Source: Thermoplasmata archaeon (GTDB taxonomy: Archaea; Thermoplasmatota; Thermoplasmata; RBG-16-68-12; JAFNFQ01). Taken from it: 64,000 bases of DNA. Every line of letters begins with the position of its first letter. The stretch's first letter is position 1. The notes below the pieces were generated by a model. That model worked only from the letters and a program-made list of their open reading frames with translations. It had not been told where the DNA came from and made no database searches. The position numbers and the translations under genes were made by a program. Positions 9,722 through 20,168 of this stretch are shown in pieces. The DNA is taken from positions 32,001-96,000 of the forward strand of contig JBGPQV010000003.1 of the NCBI GenBank assembly GCA_041489255.1, in the 5' to 3' direction.

Positions 9722-10732
9722 ATGACAAAGAAAAAGCTTGCTGTTGTGGCGGTAATCATAGCCGTTGTGATAATCATCTCGGGTTTTCTCGTGGTAACAC
9801 CTAGAGACGCCGGGAACTCTGCTCCCACCGTCCCGTTCACGCTTTCTGTCGCAGTCGAAGGAGCGCCGGTGGTAGGGGGGAATTTCACGATCCTGACGAC
9901 TGTCACTGCGAAAACCTGGGTGAACGCTACTGAGGTCACCCAGGGCCCGACTTTCCTTTCGCTGGATGTCACCCACGCAGTACAAGTGAACACGCCAGAT
10001 CCAGGAGATGACCCATGGGGGCTGCCGAGCGTATGGAATCTCACTGGGAAAAACGCATCGCTCGGGATTACATTCGCCCTGAACGTAACGGGGGTCTATG
10101 CGGGGGAGAGCACGTTGAACGCACAAGCATGGTGGCCTCCATCGTCGATGCACAACTGGTCTGATGTGCAACTCACCCCCACTGGCGGCCTCGTAGATCT
10201 CATGTCGGTCCAGACCATGGGCTTCGCTCAGTACAAACTGATTATCCAGGAGAATAGTCCTAGAGTTCGGTCAGAAGACGCTTCAGGTACGGAATCCTTG
10301 TACCAACCTTTCCCCATCGATAGCCTCGAAACACCAATCTCTTCCGCCAGCAGTGAGAATAACTACTCCTCACCTGAGGTGAACCCCCAGGCAAAAGCTC
10401 CCGTGCAAAACCGAAACTCGATTCCTTCTCTCGGTGCAAGAAGTCAGACTCTTGTCACTCGGCCAGAGACCTTGGGTCCATCTGATCCGTTAGCGATGGA
10501 AGATCTCGAGCCGAGCCCTTCACGGTCAGGGACGGTAACGGTCCAAGGCAGATTCATCTATGACAATCTCATAACGAAGGACCAAGCGGGTGCGAATTAT
10601 CTTCCTCAATCCGAACATCCCTATTTGCCCAATTGCGGTATTTCTTATCAGTGTGTTCAAACGAAAACCGACCCTGGCGCTGCTTTTCTAGGTGTAGTGT
10701 CTCCGGTACCTGGACAGAGCCGATTCGACTGA
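9722..10732 (+). CDS. Membrane-anchored or secreted hypothetical protein, probably truncated
   Basis: N-terminal KKK plus hydrophobic helix, then beta-rich ectodomain; end overlaps an out-of-frame fragment. Confidence 0.6.
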   Translation: MTKKKLAVVAVIIAVVIIISGFLVVTPRDAGNSAPTVPFTLSVAVEGAPVVGGNFTILTTVTAKTWVNATEVTQGPTFLSLDVTHAVQVNTPDPGDDPWGLPSVWNLTGKNASLGITFALNVTGVYAGESTLNAQAWWPPSSMHNWSDVQLTPTGGLVDLMSVQTMGFAQYKLIIQENSPRVRSEDASGTESLYQPFPIDSLETPISSASSENNYSSPEVNPQAKAPVQNRNSIPSLGARSQTLVTRPETLGPSDPLAMEDLEPSPSRSGTVTVQGRFIYDNLITKDQAGANYLPQSEHPYLPNCGISYQCVQTKTDPGAAFLGVVSPVPGQSRFD

Positions 10733-10860
10733 CGAATGCAGCTGGCGATTCGAGGGTTCCGCGGCTGGCCGTCGATTTCGCATCCGGCAGGGTCGGCGTC
10801 GTATTCACGGACGATCTGGATGGCAATATGGAGATATACTTCCTAGCCAAGATGATTTAG
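10705..10860 (+). pseudogene. Orphan C-terminal beta-propeller (BNR/sialidase-like) blade fragment
   Basis: GTWTEPIRLTNAAGDSRVPRLAVD...VGVVFTDDLDGNMEIYF resembles the blades of 45162-47744; no credible start. Confidence 0.5.
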
Positions 10861-11019
10861 CACCTCGGATCCGAGTTGTCCTCCTGATTAGCCAATGGAA
10901 ACGAATCCGACAATCGCCCCATCTTAATGGAGAGATTTCAGGCAACAAAAGTGCTTCAGAAACACCAATATGCCACCCCTATCCATGAAATCCCCGTCCG
11001 AAAGGACAAGGTGTAGTAG

Positions 11020-11241
11020 ATGAATGACAAGGTAGAAAGTAGTGAGATGGCGTCTAAGACTGCAGTTGTGCATGAAGTCTATTGCCCGGTAGATGAGGTA
11101 ATGGACCTGGAACCTTCGCATTGGTTCTGCCATAGTTGCAAAGCGCATTTCGGCATGCCCGTCTATGAAGTCACAGACAGGAGACAGGTCTGGGTATGCC
11201 CATTATGCAAGGAACCGGAAATAGAGGACAATGGAATCTGA
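11020..11241 (+). CDS. Small zinc-ribbon protein
   Basis: WFCHSCK...WVCPLCK CxxC pairs in 73 aa; followed by a hairpin and T-tract. Confidence 0.55.
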   Translation: MNDKVESSEMASKTAVVHEVYCPVDEVMDLEPSHWFCHSCKAHFGMPVYEVTDRRQVWVCPLCKEPEIEDNGI

Positions 11242-11265
11242 GCTAACATAGCCATATATCCCACC

Positions 11266-11306
11266 CCCGGCGGGTCTCGTCGCGCATATCCCGCCGGGAC
11301 TTTTTT
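11266..11306 (+). terminator. Hairpin plus T6 terminator-like element
   Basis: cccggcggg (11266-11274) / cccgccggg (11290-11298) then tttttt. Confidence 0.5.
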
Positions 11307-11482
11307 CAGAGCTTTTCTCAGAAGAGGTTCTAGGTGAATGACCGCCGAACCTCCTGCATGAAATCGACGACGGAGATAGGTAAAGGTGCCCCCACCCGTT
11401 TCCAGGCAGGAGCTTGAGGGGACACTCCGAGGGATTCGTGATTCCTCAAATGCGAAAATCTGCACCGTACCTATGTGTAGAG

Positions 11483-11566
11483 CGCGGGGAGGGGGATTTG
11501 AACCCCCGATCCCTTTCGGGAACTGGATTAGCAATCCAGCGCCTTACCGGGCTGGGCCATCCCCGC
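11483..11566 (-). tRNA. tRNA-Ser(GCT), 84 nt, CCA not encoded
   Basis: GCGGGGA acceptor stem, D-arm TGGCCCAGCCCGGTAAGGC, anticodon arm CTGGA-TTGCTAA-TCCAG, long variable arm TCCCGAAAGGGA, T-arm GGGGGTTCAAATCCCCC, discriminator G. Confidence 0.97.
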
Positions 11567-11592
11567 AGCGCCCGCGCCTATGAGGGCGGTGA

Positions 11593-11607
11593 AGATAAAG
11601 GTTTTCG
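11593..11607 (-). promoter_or_regulatory. BRE-TATA promoter of tRNA-Ser
   Basis: Minus strand CGAAAAC-CTTTATCT about 27 nt upstream of the tRNA 5' end. Confidence 0.65.
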
Positions 11608-11669
11608 GGGCCGGTTCGCTCCCTTCGCCACGCGAAATGTTAAAGAGTCCCGCAATGATGGATAGCGCG

Positions 11670-14600
11670 ATGAAGGCGGGGGGCAGGCTCGCCTGCTTGT
11701 CGATCTGTCTGCTGCTCGTCGGGCTTATGTTGCCTTCGAGCCCGGTGCAGTCTGAGCGCGAGCACATGCAACCGGACTCGATTTTCCAGGTCGATGTCCC
11801 GACATGGTATGTCGGCGACACCTGGGCTTACAACACGCACATCTACCTCAGGATGGGCGAGAACTACACGAACCTCCGCGGCTCGGTCAGCTTCCGTGTG
11901 ATGGGGCTGTTGTCCGTGCGGCAGAACGGGACATACCACGAGGCCTACAACGTCAGCCTCACTGGATCTCTTACCGGCGATGGCGGGGGCGTCCTCAACG
12001 GAATCCCGTTCACCATCACGATATCCACCGGGAGCCTGACCGGATTCCATTGGTACGACCGTTCTGATCTATCGCTCATAAGGGATAATGAGACAGTCGA
12101 CGCCAGCGGGACTGTAGACGTGTTCATCTTCAGTTACCCCCTGACGTTGCGATTCGCAACGGAGAGCAACCGAAGCCCCTCGCAGGAGGACTATGACTTT
12201 CCGTTGCTGCCCGGCGACCAATGGCGGTTCGCTGGCAACATGCGGATGCTAGGGTTCTATTTCTTCTCCGTCACGGGGACGCCGTGGGGAGACCTAGCTT
12301 CGTTCAGTCCATTCGACCACAACATGACGATGGACTACAACGCGCGGCTCAGTGAGATCATCGACCTCAACATCGGCGGCACCAGCTACCACACATACCA
12401 TGTGAGCGAGACTCCGCTGCCGAGCAGTGGCACCGTCGGCGGCAGCGATCTCTGGTATGCGCCGAGCGTCAAGAACTACGCGCGGTGGTATCTCACCGCC
12501 TCCACCGTCGACTTCGTCGTCGGCGGCTTCCTGAACCTGACATCGCATTCCTTCACACTACCGCCATTCCCCGTCACGATGAACCTCGACCCGCAGATTG
12601 TGAACCCTGGCGGCTTCCTGAACGTGACCGGAAGCATGGGCATGTCAGGCACTACGATAATCCGGACCCCGTGGAACGGGTCCTATTGGACAGCAGCGAC
12701 AAACCCCGCTGGCGACTACTCCTTCATGATCAGAGCCCCGACACGAGACGACGACACGCCGTGCAACGCGGATGTCGGCAGCTTCGGAGTCCTCATCGAG
12801 GCGGTCGATCCGATAGATCGCATATCCTACAATGCATCGACGATCGTGCTCCTGTTGCCAGACCTTTCGATCAGCCAATCAGACTTGAGTTTCTCCTCCC
12901 CGCCGCAAGTCGGCGTGCCCACGAATGTGAGGGCCAATGTTCACTCTTCCTCAGACGTCGGAGTCTACAACATCGTCGAGGTGAACTTCCTCCTCGACGG
13001 ATCATTCCTGGCGGCTGATTCCTTCGGGCCGATGCTCCCGGGCAGCCAACATACGTTCACAGGGACGTGGATCCCGACGGCGGGGATTCACACCATCGCC
13101 GCGAGGGTCGATCCGCGCGACCTGATACGCGAGAGGGACGAGAGCAACAACTATGCAGAGATGGGCGCCGCCACTTCTCTGCCGGACTTAGTGCCTTGGA
13201 ACATCACGATCAGCGACGGGGAATTCGCGCACTATGACGACCCCGCCACGGTCGGGTTCGCGACACCGCTGTTGAGCGCGAGCTGGGGCGAGACGCTGGC
13301 GGTGGCGTTCGGCATCAGGAACGCGGGCAATGACACATTCGGAGGCCAGGTGAGGGTCGTGATAGTTGAGACCCAAGGGCTCAGGGGTCCCGCCATAGCT
13401 CCTCCGTTCTACGACCAGACGTTGAGCCTGACGATACCCAGCGGCACGTTTGTCGATGCTCCTCCCGCCACATGGCCCGTCCCGCAGACGCACAACACCT
13501 ACTTCTTCAACCTCACAGTCGACCCTGACAACCTAATCCCGGAGATATTCGAGGGTAACAATACATTTGCGATCCGCATCTCGGTGGGGGCGCCGGACCT
13601 GACCATCGGTGTCACAGGTCCCGCCAAGATACCGCTTGGCGGCGCAGGATCGGCGACTGTCAACGTGAGAAATGCGGGGGACAAGCTCAGCCCCGCCACG
13701 AGCGTGGAGATCAGAGATGCCACGAGCGGCAGCCTGCTCGGGAGCATCCCGGTCAGTCCGATGAACGCGGGCGCCATCGGCATGCTGAACTACCCCCTCG
13801 ACTCGCTTACATCCGCGACAGGTGCCGTGTGCCTCCAGTTCGACATCGACGCCGCGAACTCCATCCTTGAGTCGAACGAGTCCAATAACGGTTTCGAGTG
13901 GTGCTTCGATGTCATGCCGTTGCCCGAGACAACGATGGAACTCACCGGGGCAGTGTATGTCGGCGTGACCAACACATACATCACCAACGCGACGAACATC
14001 GACCTCATAGCCCATGACAACAGCGGGACCGGGATCGCCCGCACGCAGTACAGCATCGATGGCGGTGCCTGGGTGGACTATTCGGTCGGGACTCCGACAC
14101 ACATGGACAGCGAGGGCCTGCACCAGATCCGGTTCAACAGCACCGACAACATCGGCGGCGCGGAGGCGACTGTGACCAGGACGCTGTTCGTCGATGACAT
14201 CGCGCCAGTCTCTACCGCCGCCTGGAACGGGACTGCGGTCCTCATCAGCGCGACGGACGCGGGCTGCGGGGTCAACGCGACGTTCTACCGCCTTGACTCG
14301 GGGACGTTAGTCCTCTACGACGGTCCATTCGCAGTCACGGGAGACGGACAGCACACGGTCTGGTTCTACTCTGTCGACAGGCTCGGGAACGTGGAGGAGC
14401 AGGGCAGCCTCTTGTTCACGATTGGCGGGGCTTCCGCCGCCGTGGAAGTGAACTTGAAGCCCCAAATTGCCGTTGTCTTTGCGGCGGACCTGCTTGCGGT
14501 GTTCCTGTTCCTGCGACGGGAGGACAAGAGGCGCAACCTCCTCATTGTCGCAATCCTGTTCATCGTCGCTGAGCTCTCAACGGGCGCAGCCTCCCTCGCC

Positions 14601-14768
14601 GTGGACGCGCTCTCCTACGTGCCCTTGACGGGCAAGATGCTCGGCATCTACATCGACCTTGTCGTCCTCGTCGTCGGGATGGCGGTGCTCTGGATGATGC
14701 AGAAGTCTGCGGAACCCGCAGGAGCCCCAGAGGAATCCGGAGAAGGACTGCCCGAGGAAAAGGCTTAA
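11670..14768 (+). CDS. Large surface protein: signal peptide, CARDB domains, Ig-like repeats, C-terminal TM helices
   Basis: PTWYVGDTWAY N-domain; three PDL...VDP...E..E.NN CARDB repeats; F.S.D..G..E Ig-like repeats; three C-terminal TM helices; TTAAAG about 25 nt upstream favours leaderless ATG 11670. Confidence 0.85.
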   Translation: MKAGGRLACLSICLLLVGLMLPSSPVQSEREHMQPDSIFQVDVPTWYVGDTWAYNTHIYLRMGENYTNLRGSVSFRVMGLLSVRQNGTYHEAYNVSLTGSLTGDGGGVLNGIPFTITISTGSLTGFHWYDRSDLSLIRDNETVDASGTVDVFIFSYPLTLRFATESNRSPSQEDYDFPLLPGDQWRFAGNMRMLGFYFFSVTGTPWGDLASFSPFDHNMTMDYNARLSEIIDLNIGGTSYHTYHVSETPLPSSGTVGGSDLWYAPSVKNYARWYLTASTVDFVVGGFLNLTSHSFTLPPFPVTMNLDPQIVNPGGFLNVTGSMGMSGTTIIRTPWNGSYWTAATNPAGDYSFMIRAPTRDDDTPCNADVGSFGVLIEAVDPIDRISYNASTIVLLLPDLSISQSDLSFSSPPQVGVPTNVRANVHSSSDVGVYNIVEVNFLLDGSFLAADSFGPMLPGSQHTFTGTWIPTAGIHTIAARVDPRDLIRERDESNNYAEMGAATSLPDLVPWNITISDGEFAHYDDPATVGFATPLLSASWGETLAVAFGIRNAGNDTFGGQVRVVIVETQGLRGPAIAPPFYDQTLSLTIPSGTFVDAPPATWPVPQTHNTYFFNLTVDPDNLIPEIFEGNNTFAIRISVGAPDLTIGVTGPAKIPLGGAGSATVNVRNAGDKLSPATSVEIRDATSGSLLGSIPVSPMNAGAIGMLNYPLDSLTSATGAVCLQFDIDAANSILESNESNNGFEWCFDVMPLPETTMELTGAVYVGVTNTYITNATNIDLIAHDNSGTGIARTQYSIDGGAWVDYSVGTPTHMDSEGLHQIRFNSTDNIGGAEATVTRTLFVDDIAPVSTAAWNGTAVLISATDAGCGVNATFYRLDSGTLVLYDGPFAVTGDGQHTVWFYSVDRLGNVEEQGSLLFTIGGASAAVEVNLKPQIAVVFAADLLAVFLFLRREDKRRNLLIVAILFIVAELSTGAASLAVDALSYVPLTGKMLGIYIDLVVLVVGMAVLWMMQKSAEPAGAPEESGEGLPEEKA

Positions 14769-14792
14769 GCCGATTCGGTTTGTGCCGCCAGC

Positions 14793-15932
14793 GTGGAACA
14801 CAGGTTCCGTCACCTGCTGATGATACAGACGTTGCTCTCGCTCGCGGGCTCATCGGCGGGCACCTTCGGCATCGTCTACCTCGCGAAGGACGGTATCGCG
14901 CCGGGCCAAGGCTTCTCCTACGCGGAGGCGCCGATGTTCTACTTGTTCGGATTCCTGTTCGCAGCATTGTTCTGCGGGGTCATGGCCTGGAGGCCTTCGA
15001 TCCGCGTGAAGACCTCGATGGCTCTGGGACTCTTGACGCTCGGGATAGCATACGCCGGGATGGCGGTCCTCCACGGCTACATCCTGGTCACATTCATCCC
15101 GTTCTTCTATGGGATCTCGATCCCGCTGTTCTACCTCCCGTTCAATGCCTTGATAGTCAAAAAGACGAAACCCGAGAACCGCGGGATGCGCATGGGCGTG
15201 GTGTTCCTCGTCGTGACCGTCACGGGTGTCATCGCTCCGACCCTCGCCGGCCAGATCATCGGAGCGGCGGGCTATGCGACGCTGTTCGCCTTCGGGTTCG
15301 CGTGCCTCCTTGTGGACATCGTCCTGGTGTTGTTCTTCATCAACAGTGATCACGAAATGGTCTTCCGAATCAATTACGCGAGCTTCGGAAGGAGGAACGT
15401 GGCGGCGATGTTCTTCGAGGGCTGCTACGAGGGGCTTTCATTCTCCCTCATCCCCTTGATCACCCTCCTCTTCGTCAAGGGCGAACAGCAACTGGGCTAC
15501 ATCTTCTCGGTGTTCGCTTTGGCGGGGGGCGGGATGATGCTCGTCCTCGGATTCACTTCCGACAGGATACGGAGGAGGCACCTGTTCATGTGGGCAGGGG
15601 CGGTGATGTCCAGCATCTTCGCGCTCATGGTCTCCCTGGCGCCTAACCTCGGGTCATTCGTGGCGGGGAACAGCCTCCTCCAGCTCACGGGCAGCATTGC
15701 CCCCTTGTTCATATTCGCGATGATGGCGGACATCGGGGAGGACGACCCGGCAGGCGTGTCTGCGACGAGAGAGATCCTTCTGAATTCAGGCCGGGCCTTC
15801 TCGCTCTCGCTCTACGTGGTCGCGGCTGTCGCGGGCATCGGAATCCAGACGGCATTCATCGCCGCATCTGTGTACCTGCTGTTGATGTTGACCGGCAAGG
15901 GGAGCGGAGGAGCGGACAAGCCGAGAACGTGA
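14793..15932 (+). CDS. MFS-type transporter
   Basis: About 12 hydrophobic segments, GFTSDRIRRR motif-A-like loop, PENRG. Confidence 0.85.
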   Translation: MEHRFRHLLMIQTLLSLAGSSAGTFGIVYLAKDGIAPGQGFSYAEAPMFYLFGFLFAALFCGVMAWRPSIRVKTSMALGLLTLGIAYAGMAVLHGYILVTFIPFFYGISIPLFYLPFNALIVKKTKPENRGMRMGVVFLVVTVTGVIAPTLAGQIIGAAGYATLFAFGFACLLVDIVLVLFFINSDHEMVFRINYASFGRRNVAAMFFEGCYEGLSFSLIPLITLLFVKGEQQLGYIFSVFALAGGGMMLVLGFTSDRIRRRHLFMWAGAVMSSIFALMVSLAPNLGSFVAGNSLLQLTGSIAPLFIFAMMADIGEDDPAGVSATREILLNSGRAFSLSLYVVAAVAGIGIQTAFIAASVYLLLMLTGKGSGGADKPRT

Positions 15933-16015
15933 CGAATCCAGGAGAGCGATTCACGATGAATAAAGCGAAAAGAGCATCTAGCGATTGCGTCTACGATGAT
16001 ACCGGGTCGAACCTC

Positions 16016-17071
16016 GTGAGCAAGACGAAGTTGCTCTGCGTGACCGCTATCTTCGCTCTCCTCATGGTGACCGCCTTTCCATCAGCTCGCGGCACCGGAG
16101 ATGCCGTCGTGGAAGTGGCGGCCCACATGCCGAAAGCGCACTACAGGTCATCCGCGGTCTGGACGGGGACCGAGGCGCTCGTTCTTGGCGGCACCGATGA
16201 CATCGACGTTCTCGCCGACATCGTCGCCTACAGCACGTCGGGAAATAGCGCAAGTCTCAGAGGGGTTCTGCCCGATGCAACGATGACATCTCCCGCCATC
16301 TGGGACGGGCACTACGCGTTCATATTCGCGGGGGAAAACGGCAGCGCCAGGCAATCCCGAGTCCTCCGTTACGATCCAGTCAACAACGTCACGATATTGA
16401 TGACCGCCAGACTCCCCACAACGCGCATCGGCGCGGCGGCGGTATGGGATGGACACGACGCCTACGTGTTCGGCGGGCACAACGGGACAACAATCGAGGC
16501 GAGGGTGTTCAAGTACAACACGACGACCAATACGTTCACGGTGATGTCTGCGAGCATGCCCGTGGGCACGGGCGGCACGTCGGCCGTGTGGACGGGGACG
16601 GACATCTACATCTTCGGGGGCAAGACGAACGCCGGGGCGTCAAATCAGATTCTGAAGTATAATCTGCAAACGGACACGATGACCCAGGTTGACGCGACAT
16701 TGCCCAGCCCAAGGTTCCACACTTCAGCGGTCTGGGACGGGGAGAACGCGTACATCTTTGGCGGCAACGACGGTGCCCATGCCCTTCCCGACATCGTGCG
16801 GTTCACCCCTGCCACCGGCGAGGTCAAGCTGCTCTCGGAGAAACTTCCGGGGCCCCGCGAGATGACAACCGCCATCTGGGACGGGAACGCGGCCTACGTC
16901 TTCGGGGGGCTGAGCAACGTGATCCTTCCTCTGGACGAGATAGTCAAGTTCGGCTTGGGGGGAGGCGAAGCGGCAGACTGGTCCGGTCTCTGGGTCGGAC
17001 TGATGATCGCAGTGGCGGCAATCATCGTGGTCGCGCTCCTCAGCGTGAGACTCAACAAGAAACACGCTTGA
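16016..17071 (+). CDS. Secreted Kelch-repeat beta-propeller with C-terminal membrane anchor
   Basis: Six repeats of R...SAVWDG..AY(I/V)FGG; signal peptide from GTG 16016; C-terminal TM plus KKH. Confidence 0.88.
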   Translation: MSKTKLLCVTAIFALLMVTAFPSARGTGDAVVEVAAHMPKAHYRSSAVWTGTEALVLGGTDDIDVLADIVAYSTSGNSASLRGVLPDATMTSPAIWDGHYAFIFAGENGSARQSRVLRYDPVNNVTILMTARLPTTRIGAAAVWDGHDAYVFGGHNGTTIEARVFKYNTTTNTFTVMSASMPVGTGGTSAVWTGTDIYIFGGKTNAGASNQILKYNLQTDTMTQVDATLPSPRFHTSAVWDGENAYIFGGNDGAHALPDIVRFTPATGEVKLLSEKLPGPREMTTAIWDGNAAYVFGGLSNVILPLDEIVKFGLGGGEAADWSGLWVGLMIAVAAIIVVALLSVRLNKKHA

Positions 17072-17099
17072 GCAGGAGCGAGCCAGGCCGCCCCGCTCC

Positions 17100-20000
17100 T
17101 CAACCATAAACTGCCCAGTCGACATCAGAAGGCACGAATATCCAGTAGCCCTCTCCCGCCGCAAACGTGTATCTGTCCGGCGCTCTCTGCAGATAGTACG
17201 GGGCAGCCCGCGCATCGAATGTCTCGACCACCACGCCAGCAAGGCCGATTGCGGCCTTGAGGTCCGCCACGGTGTAAGAGGTGTTGAAAGACGGATAGCC
17301 GACCATGTTCCAGCCGGCGTGAAGGGACAGCACGGTGAGTCTCTCGGGGTAGCCGGTCACAACGAAATCGCAGGGAGCCGTGACGTTGATCCAGAAACCC
17401 ATGGTGTTGTCCAGCCGCCTTATGTCGTTGTATCCCCTCGAGGACTCATAGGACTTCCAGTGGTCGTTGGAATCGAGCGCATCATACCGGCGGACATAGT
17501 CGTAGCAACCGGAAAGCGAACTCAGCACCGCCTCGACGTCATCAGGGACAGGCTTGAGCGGGAACGACACGAACCGGTGACCAGGGGTGAGCGAGAGAGT
17601 GTAGGTGGTCAGGACCAGGAATGCGCGGCAGGCCAGATTGTTAGCTTCATTGCCTTCAGCTATTCCATTGTCAGGGTCGGCGATTACACATATGTCGTGC
17701 ATACCGAGCGGGTTCGCAATCCACACGACGGAGGCGAGCCCATTGCCGCCCGGACTCGGGATGAGCGGTATGACCTGGTCAGATCCTATCTGGTTTGAGC
17801 CGGAAGGCGGACCATCGTGGAACCTGACCACGACACCGATGGCGTCAGAGGACCCGAGGTTGTCGATGGTCGCGTTTATCGTGACCGGTGTGCCGGCCGC
17901 CACCGGCCCCGGCGGGTCGAAAGCTATGTCCCGTTGACCGATCGCGAGGTCCGGGAACAACCGGCCCAGTTTCGTGACATAGCCGTCCCTGTTCGGATCG
18001 ACTGTCGTGTCGAAGGCTCCCGGCGTGACGGGGAAATCCGTGGAGTTCGTGATGCCGGTCACGTAGGTTTCGCCGACAGCGTTGACAGTGAGGAAGTTGA
18101 GATACCCCTCCGTCCCGCTCCCGCCAAGGTATGTGGAGTTGGCGGGGAATCCGGTCTCGTTCATCTCAGTGACGAATGCATCCATGAGGCCGTTGTACGA
18201 GCCGTCGAGAGCGCCCGGTGTGACTGGAAGGTCATCCGAGTCGGTACCGCCCGTTATGTAGGCATTCCCCGCCGAATCGATCGCGATGGCGTTCCCGAAC
18301 TCGCCGTTCCCACCGCCAAAATAGGTCGAGTATGTCAGCGAGCTCCCGCCCGAATTCAACTTCGTGATGAAGGCATCGTAGAGACCTCCGTTGAAAGAGG
18401 AGTCGTAAGCACCGGGAGTCATGGGGAAGTTCGGCGAGACCGTCGATCCGGTCACGTAGGCCAGCCCCGAGGGATCGACCGCGATGCTGAGCCCGACGTC
18501 GTAGTCGCTTCCCCCCAAGAACGTGGAATAGCCGAGGGAGCTACCTGTGACACCGATCTTCGTGACGAAGACGTCGGAAGAGCCGCCCTGCGATGAATCG
18601 AAGGCGCCGGGCGTGGTCGGGAAGTCGGCAGACCAGGCGCCCCCCGTCACATACGCGTTCATGGCGGTATCCACCGCAATCGAGTAGGCGAAGTCCGCAT
18701 CGCTCCCGCCAAGGAACGTGGAGTAGATGAGAGCCATCCCCGTCGAGTTCAGATTCATCGCGAACGCATCTGAATCTCCGGAGTTGTATGAGACATCGAA
18801 GGCTCCAGGTGTCACGGGGAAGTCCGCTGACTCGGTTATGCCCGTGACGTAGACGTTGTCCGCAGCATCGATCGCCACAGAAGGCCAAGTGTCGTTCTCA
18901 GCCCCGCCGATGTACGTGGAGAACAGCAGAGCGTTTCCATCCGAGTTCAGTTTCGTCACGAACCCGTCGAAATTGCCGTGGGGGGTTCTGCTGAAGGCGC
19001 CTGGAGTAGTGGGGAAGTTAGAGGACATCGTGTCGCCCGCGATGCACGCATTGCCATTCGCGTCGAGGGTTATGGAGAGGCCCGCGTCGAAACCGCCACC
19101 GCCGACATAAGTGGAATAGACGAGCGAACTCCCGTCCGCGCTCAGCTTCGTCACGTAGGCGTCATCAGTCCCTCCCCGAGTGGTGTCGTACGAACCAGGC
19201 GTGGTCGGGAAATTGATCGACTGTGTCTGTCCCGTCACGTAGGCGCTGCCGCTGCCGTCGACCTTGACGGAGTAGCCACGGTCCCAGCCGCTCCCGCCGA
19301 GGAACGTGGAATAGATCAGGGGGTCGATGGTCAGGGGCGACGTCCCGTCCCATCCGGCGCAGTCGAAGCCGTAGGATTCTCGATCGCGGAGGGAGAAGCC
19401 GCAACGGACCTCCGCACCGCCCTCTTGGTAGGAGTAGGGCTCGCTGTCCCGCATCTCGCCCGCCGCCGTCGCGACCGCCATGCCGCCCGCCACGACATCA
19501 AGAGACTCAATCCCGTCGTACCGCAGTGTGATGACCCTCGGGTCCGCCCCGGGGCTCAGGAGGAACTCGTACTTCACCCCGTTCCCGGTCGGGCGGTAGA
19601 CGAGGTCGATGCCATCGTACAGGTCCTCGTAGACGACCTCCCGGTAGCTGGGGACGTCGGTCTTCCACGTGGCGGGGTCGCTGCCGATGAAGAAGTTGCT
19701 GCTGAAAGGCAGGCGGTCTCTGCCGACCGGCCTGACCTCGTTCTCCCCCTCGAAGCGGAGGAGGTAGGCGACCGAGACGGTTCGTTGCACCGCTTCGACA
19801 AGGGCTGGGCGGGCGTGCTGGAGTACCTGATCACTCTCCGTCCCATCTTGCGCCTTCATCTCATCAGATAGTACGAACACCACGCCGTCATCGCGGAATC
19901 CAGCCGAGGGATTCCCCATCGAATAGAATCTTACACCGTCCGCGACTTGACCGGCGTTCTCGATGACGTAGTCTCCGGAAAGGCTCCGCACGACCGTCTC

Positions 20001-20168
20001 CTGGGACATTGCCCTGCTCCCGCCACCGCCCGAAGGGGGGGCGGTCTGCAGCAGCGGGACTGCTGTCAGGCTCGACACGAGGATGAGGGCCACCGATGCC
20101 GACACGGCCAGGATGCCGCCTGGGTGCGCATGCCTAGTCGCATCATGTGGCTGACCAGCGCGAGACAT
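17100..20168 (-). CDS. SBBP beta-propeller repeat surface protein with CARDB and C-terminal GWNxxGYPS domain
   Basis: ENAGQ...YDGIDLVY...KYEF N-domain; repeated YSTFLGG...IAVD..G.AYVTG.T.S..FP.TPGA; CARDB; exact start uncertain. Confidence 0.9.
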   Translation of the reverse strand: MSRAGQPHDATRHAHPGGILAVSASVALILVSSLTAVPLLQTAPPSGGGGSRAMSQETVVRSLSGDYVIENAGQVADGVRFYSMGNPSAGFRDDGVVFVLSDEMKAQDGTESDQVLQHARPALVEAVQRTVSVAYLLRFEGENEVRPVGRDRLPFSSNFFIGSDPATWKTDVPSYREVVYEDLYDGIDLVYRPTGNGVKYEFLLSPGADPRVITLRYDGIESLDVVAGGMAVATAAGEMRDSEPYSYQEGGAEVRCGFSLRDRESYGFDCAGWDGTSPLTIDPLIYSTFLGGSGWDRGYSVKVDGSGSAYVTGQTQSINFPTTPGSYDTTRGGTDDAYVTKLSADGSSLVYSTYVGGGGFDAGLSITLDANGNACIAGDTMSSNFPTTPGAFSRTPHGNFDGFVTKLNSDGNALLFSTYIGGAENDTWPSVAIDAADNVYVTGITESADFPVTPGAFDVSYNSGDSDAFAMNLNSTGMALIYSTFLGGSDADFAYSIAVDTAMNAYVTGGAWSADFPTTPGAFDSSQGGSSDVFVTKIGVTGSSLGYSTFLGGSDYDVGLSIAVDPSGLAYVTGSTVSPNFPMTPGAYDSSFNGGLYDAFITKLNSGGSSLTYSTYFGGGNGEFGNAIAIDSAGNAYITGGTDSDDLPVTPGALDGSYNGLMDAFVTEMNETGFPANSTYLGGSGTEGYLNFLTVNAVGETYVTGITNSTDFPVTPGAFDTTVDPNRDGYVTKLGRLFPDLAIGQRDIAFDPPGPVAAGTPVTINATIDNLGSSDAIGVVVRFHDGPPSGSNQIGSDQVIPLIPSPGGNGLASVVWIANPLGMHDICVIADPDNGIAEGNEANNLACRAFLVLTTYTLSLTPGHRFVSFPLKPVPDDVEAVLSSLSGCYDYVRRYDALDSNDHWKSYESSRGYNDIRRLDNTMGFWINVTAPCDFVVTGYPERLTVLSLHAGWNMVGYPSFNTSYTVADLKAAIGLAGVVVETFDARAAPYYLQRAPDRYTFAAGEGYWIFVPSDVDWAVYG

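Larger units (their letters stand above)
9112..11501. mobile_element. Decayed tRNA-Ser-integrated islet (about 2.4 kb, no integrase seen)
   Basis: Bounded by the 21-bp tRNA-end direct repeats; visibly more AT-rich than its flanks; contains broken genes. Confidence 0.65.
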
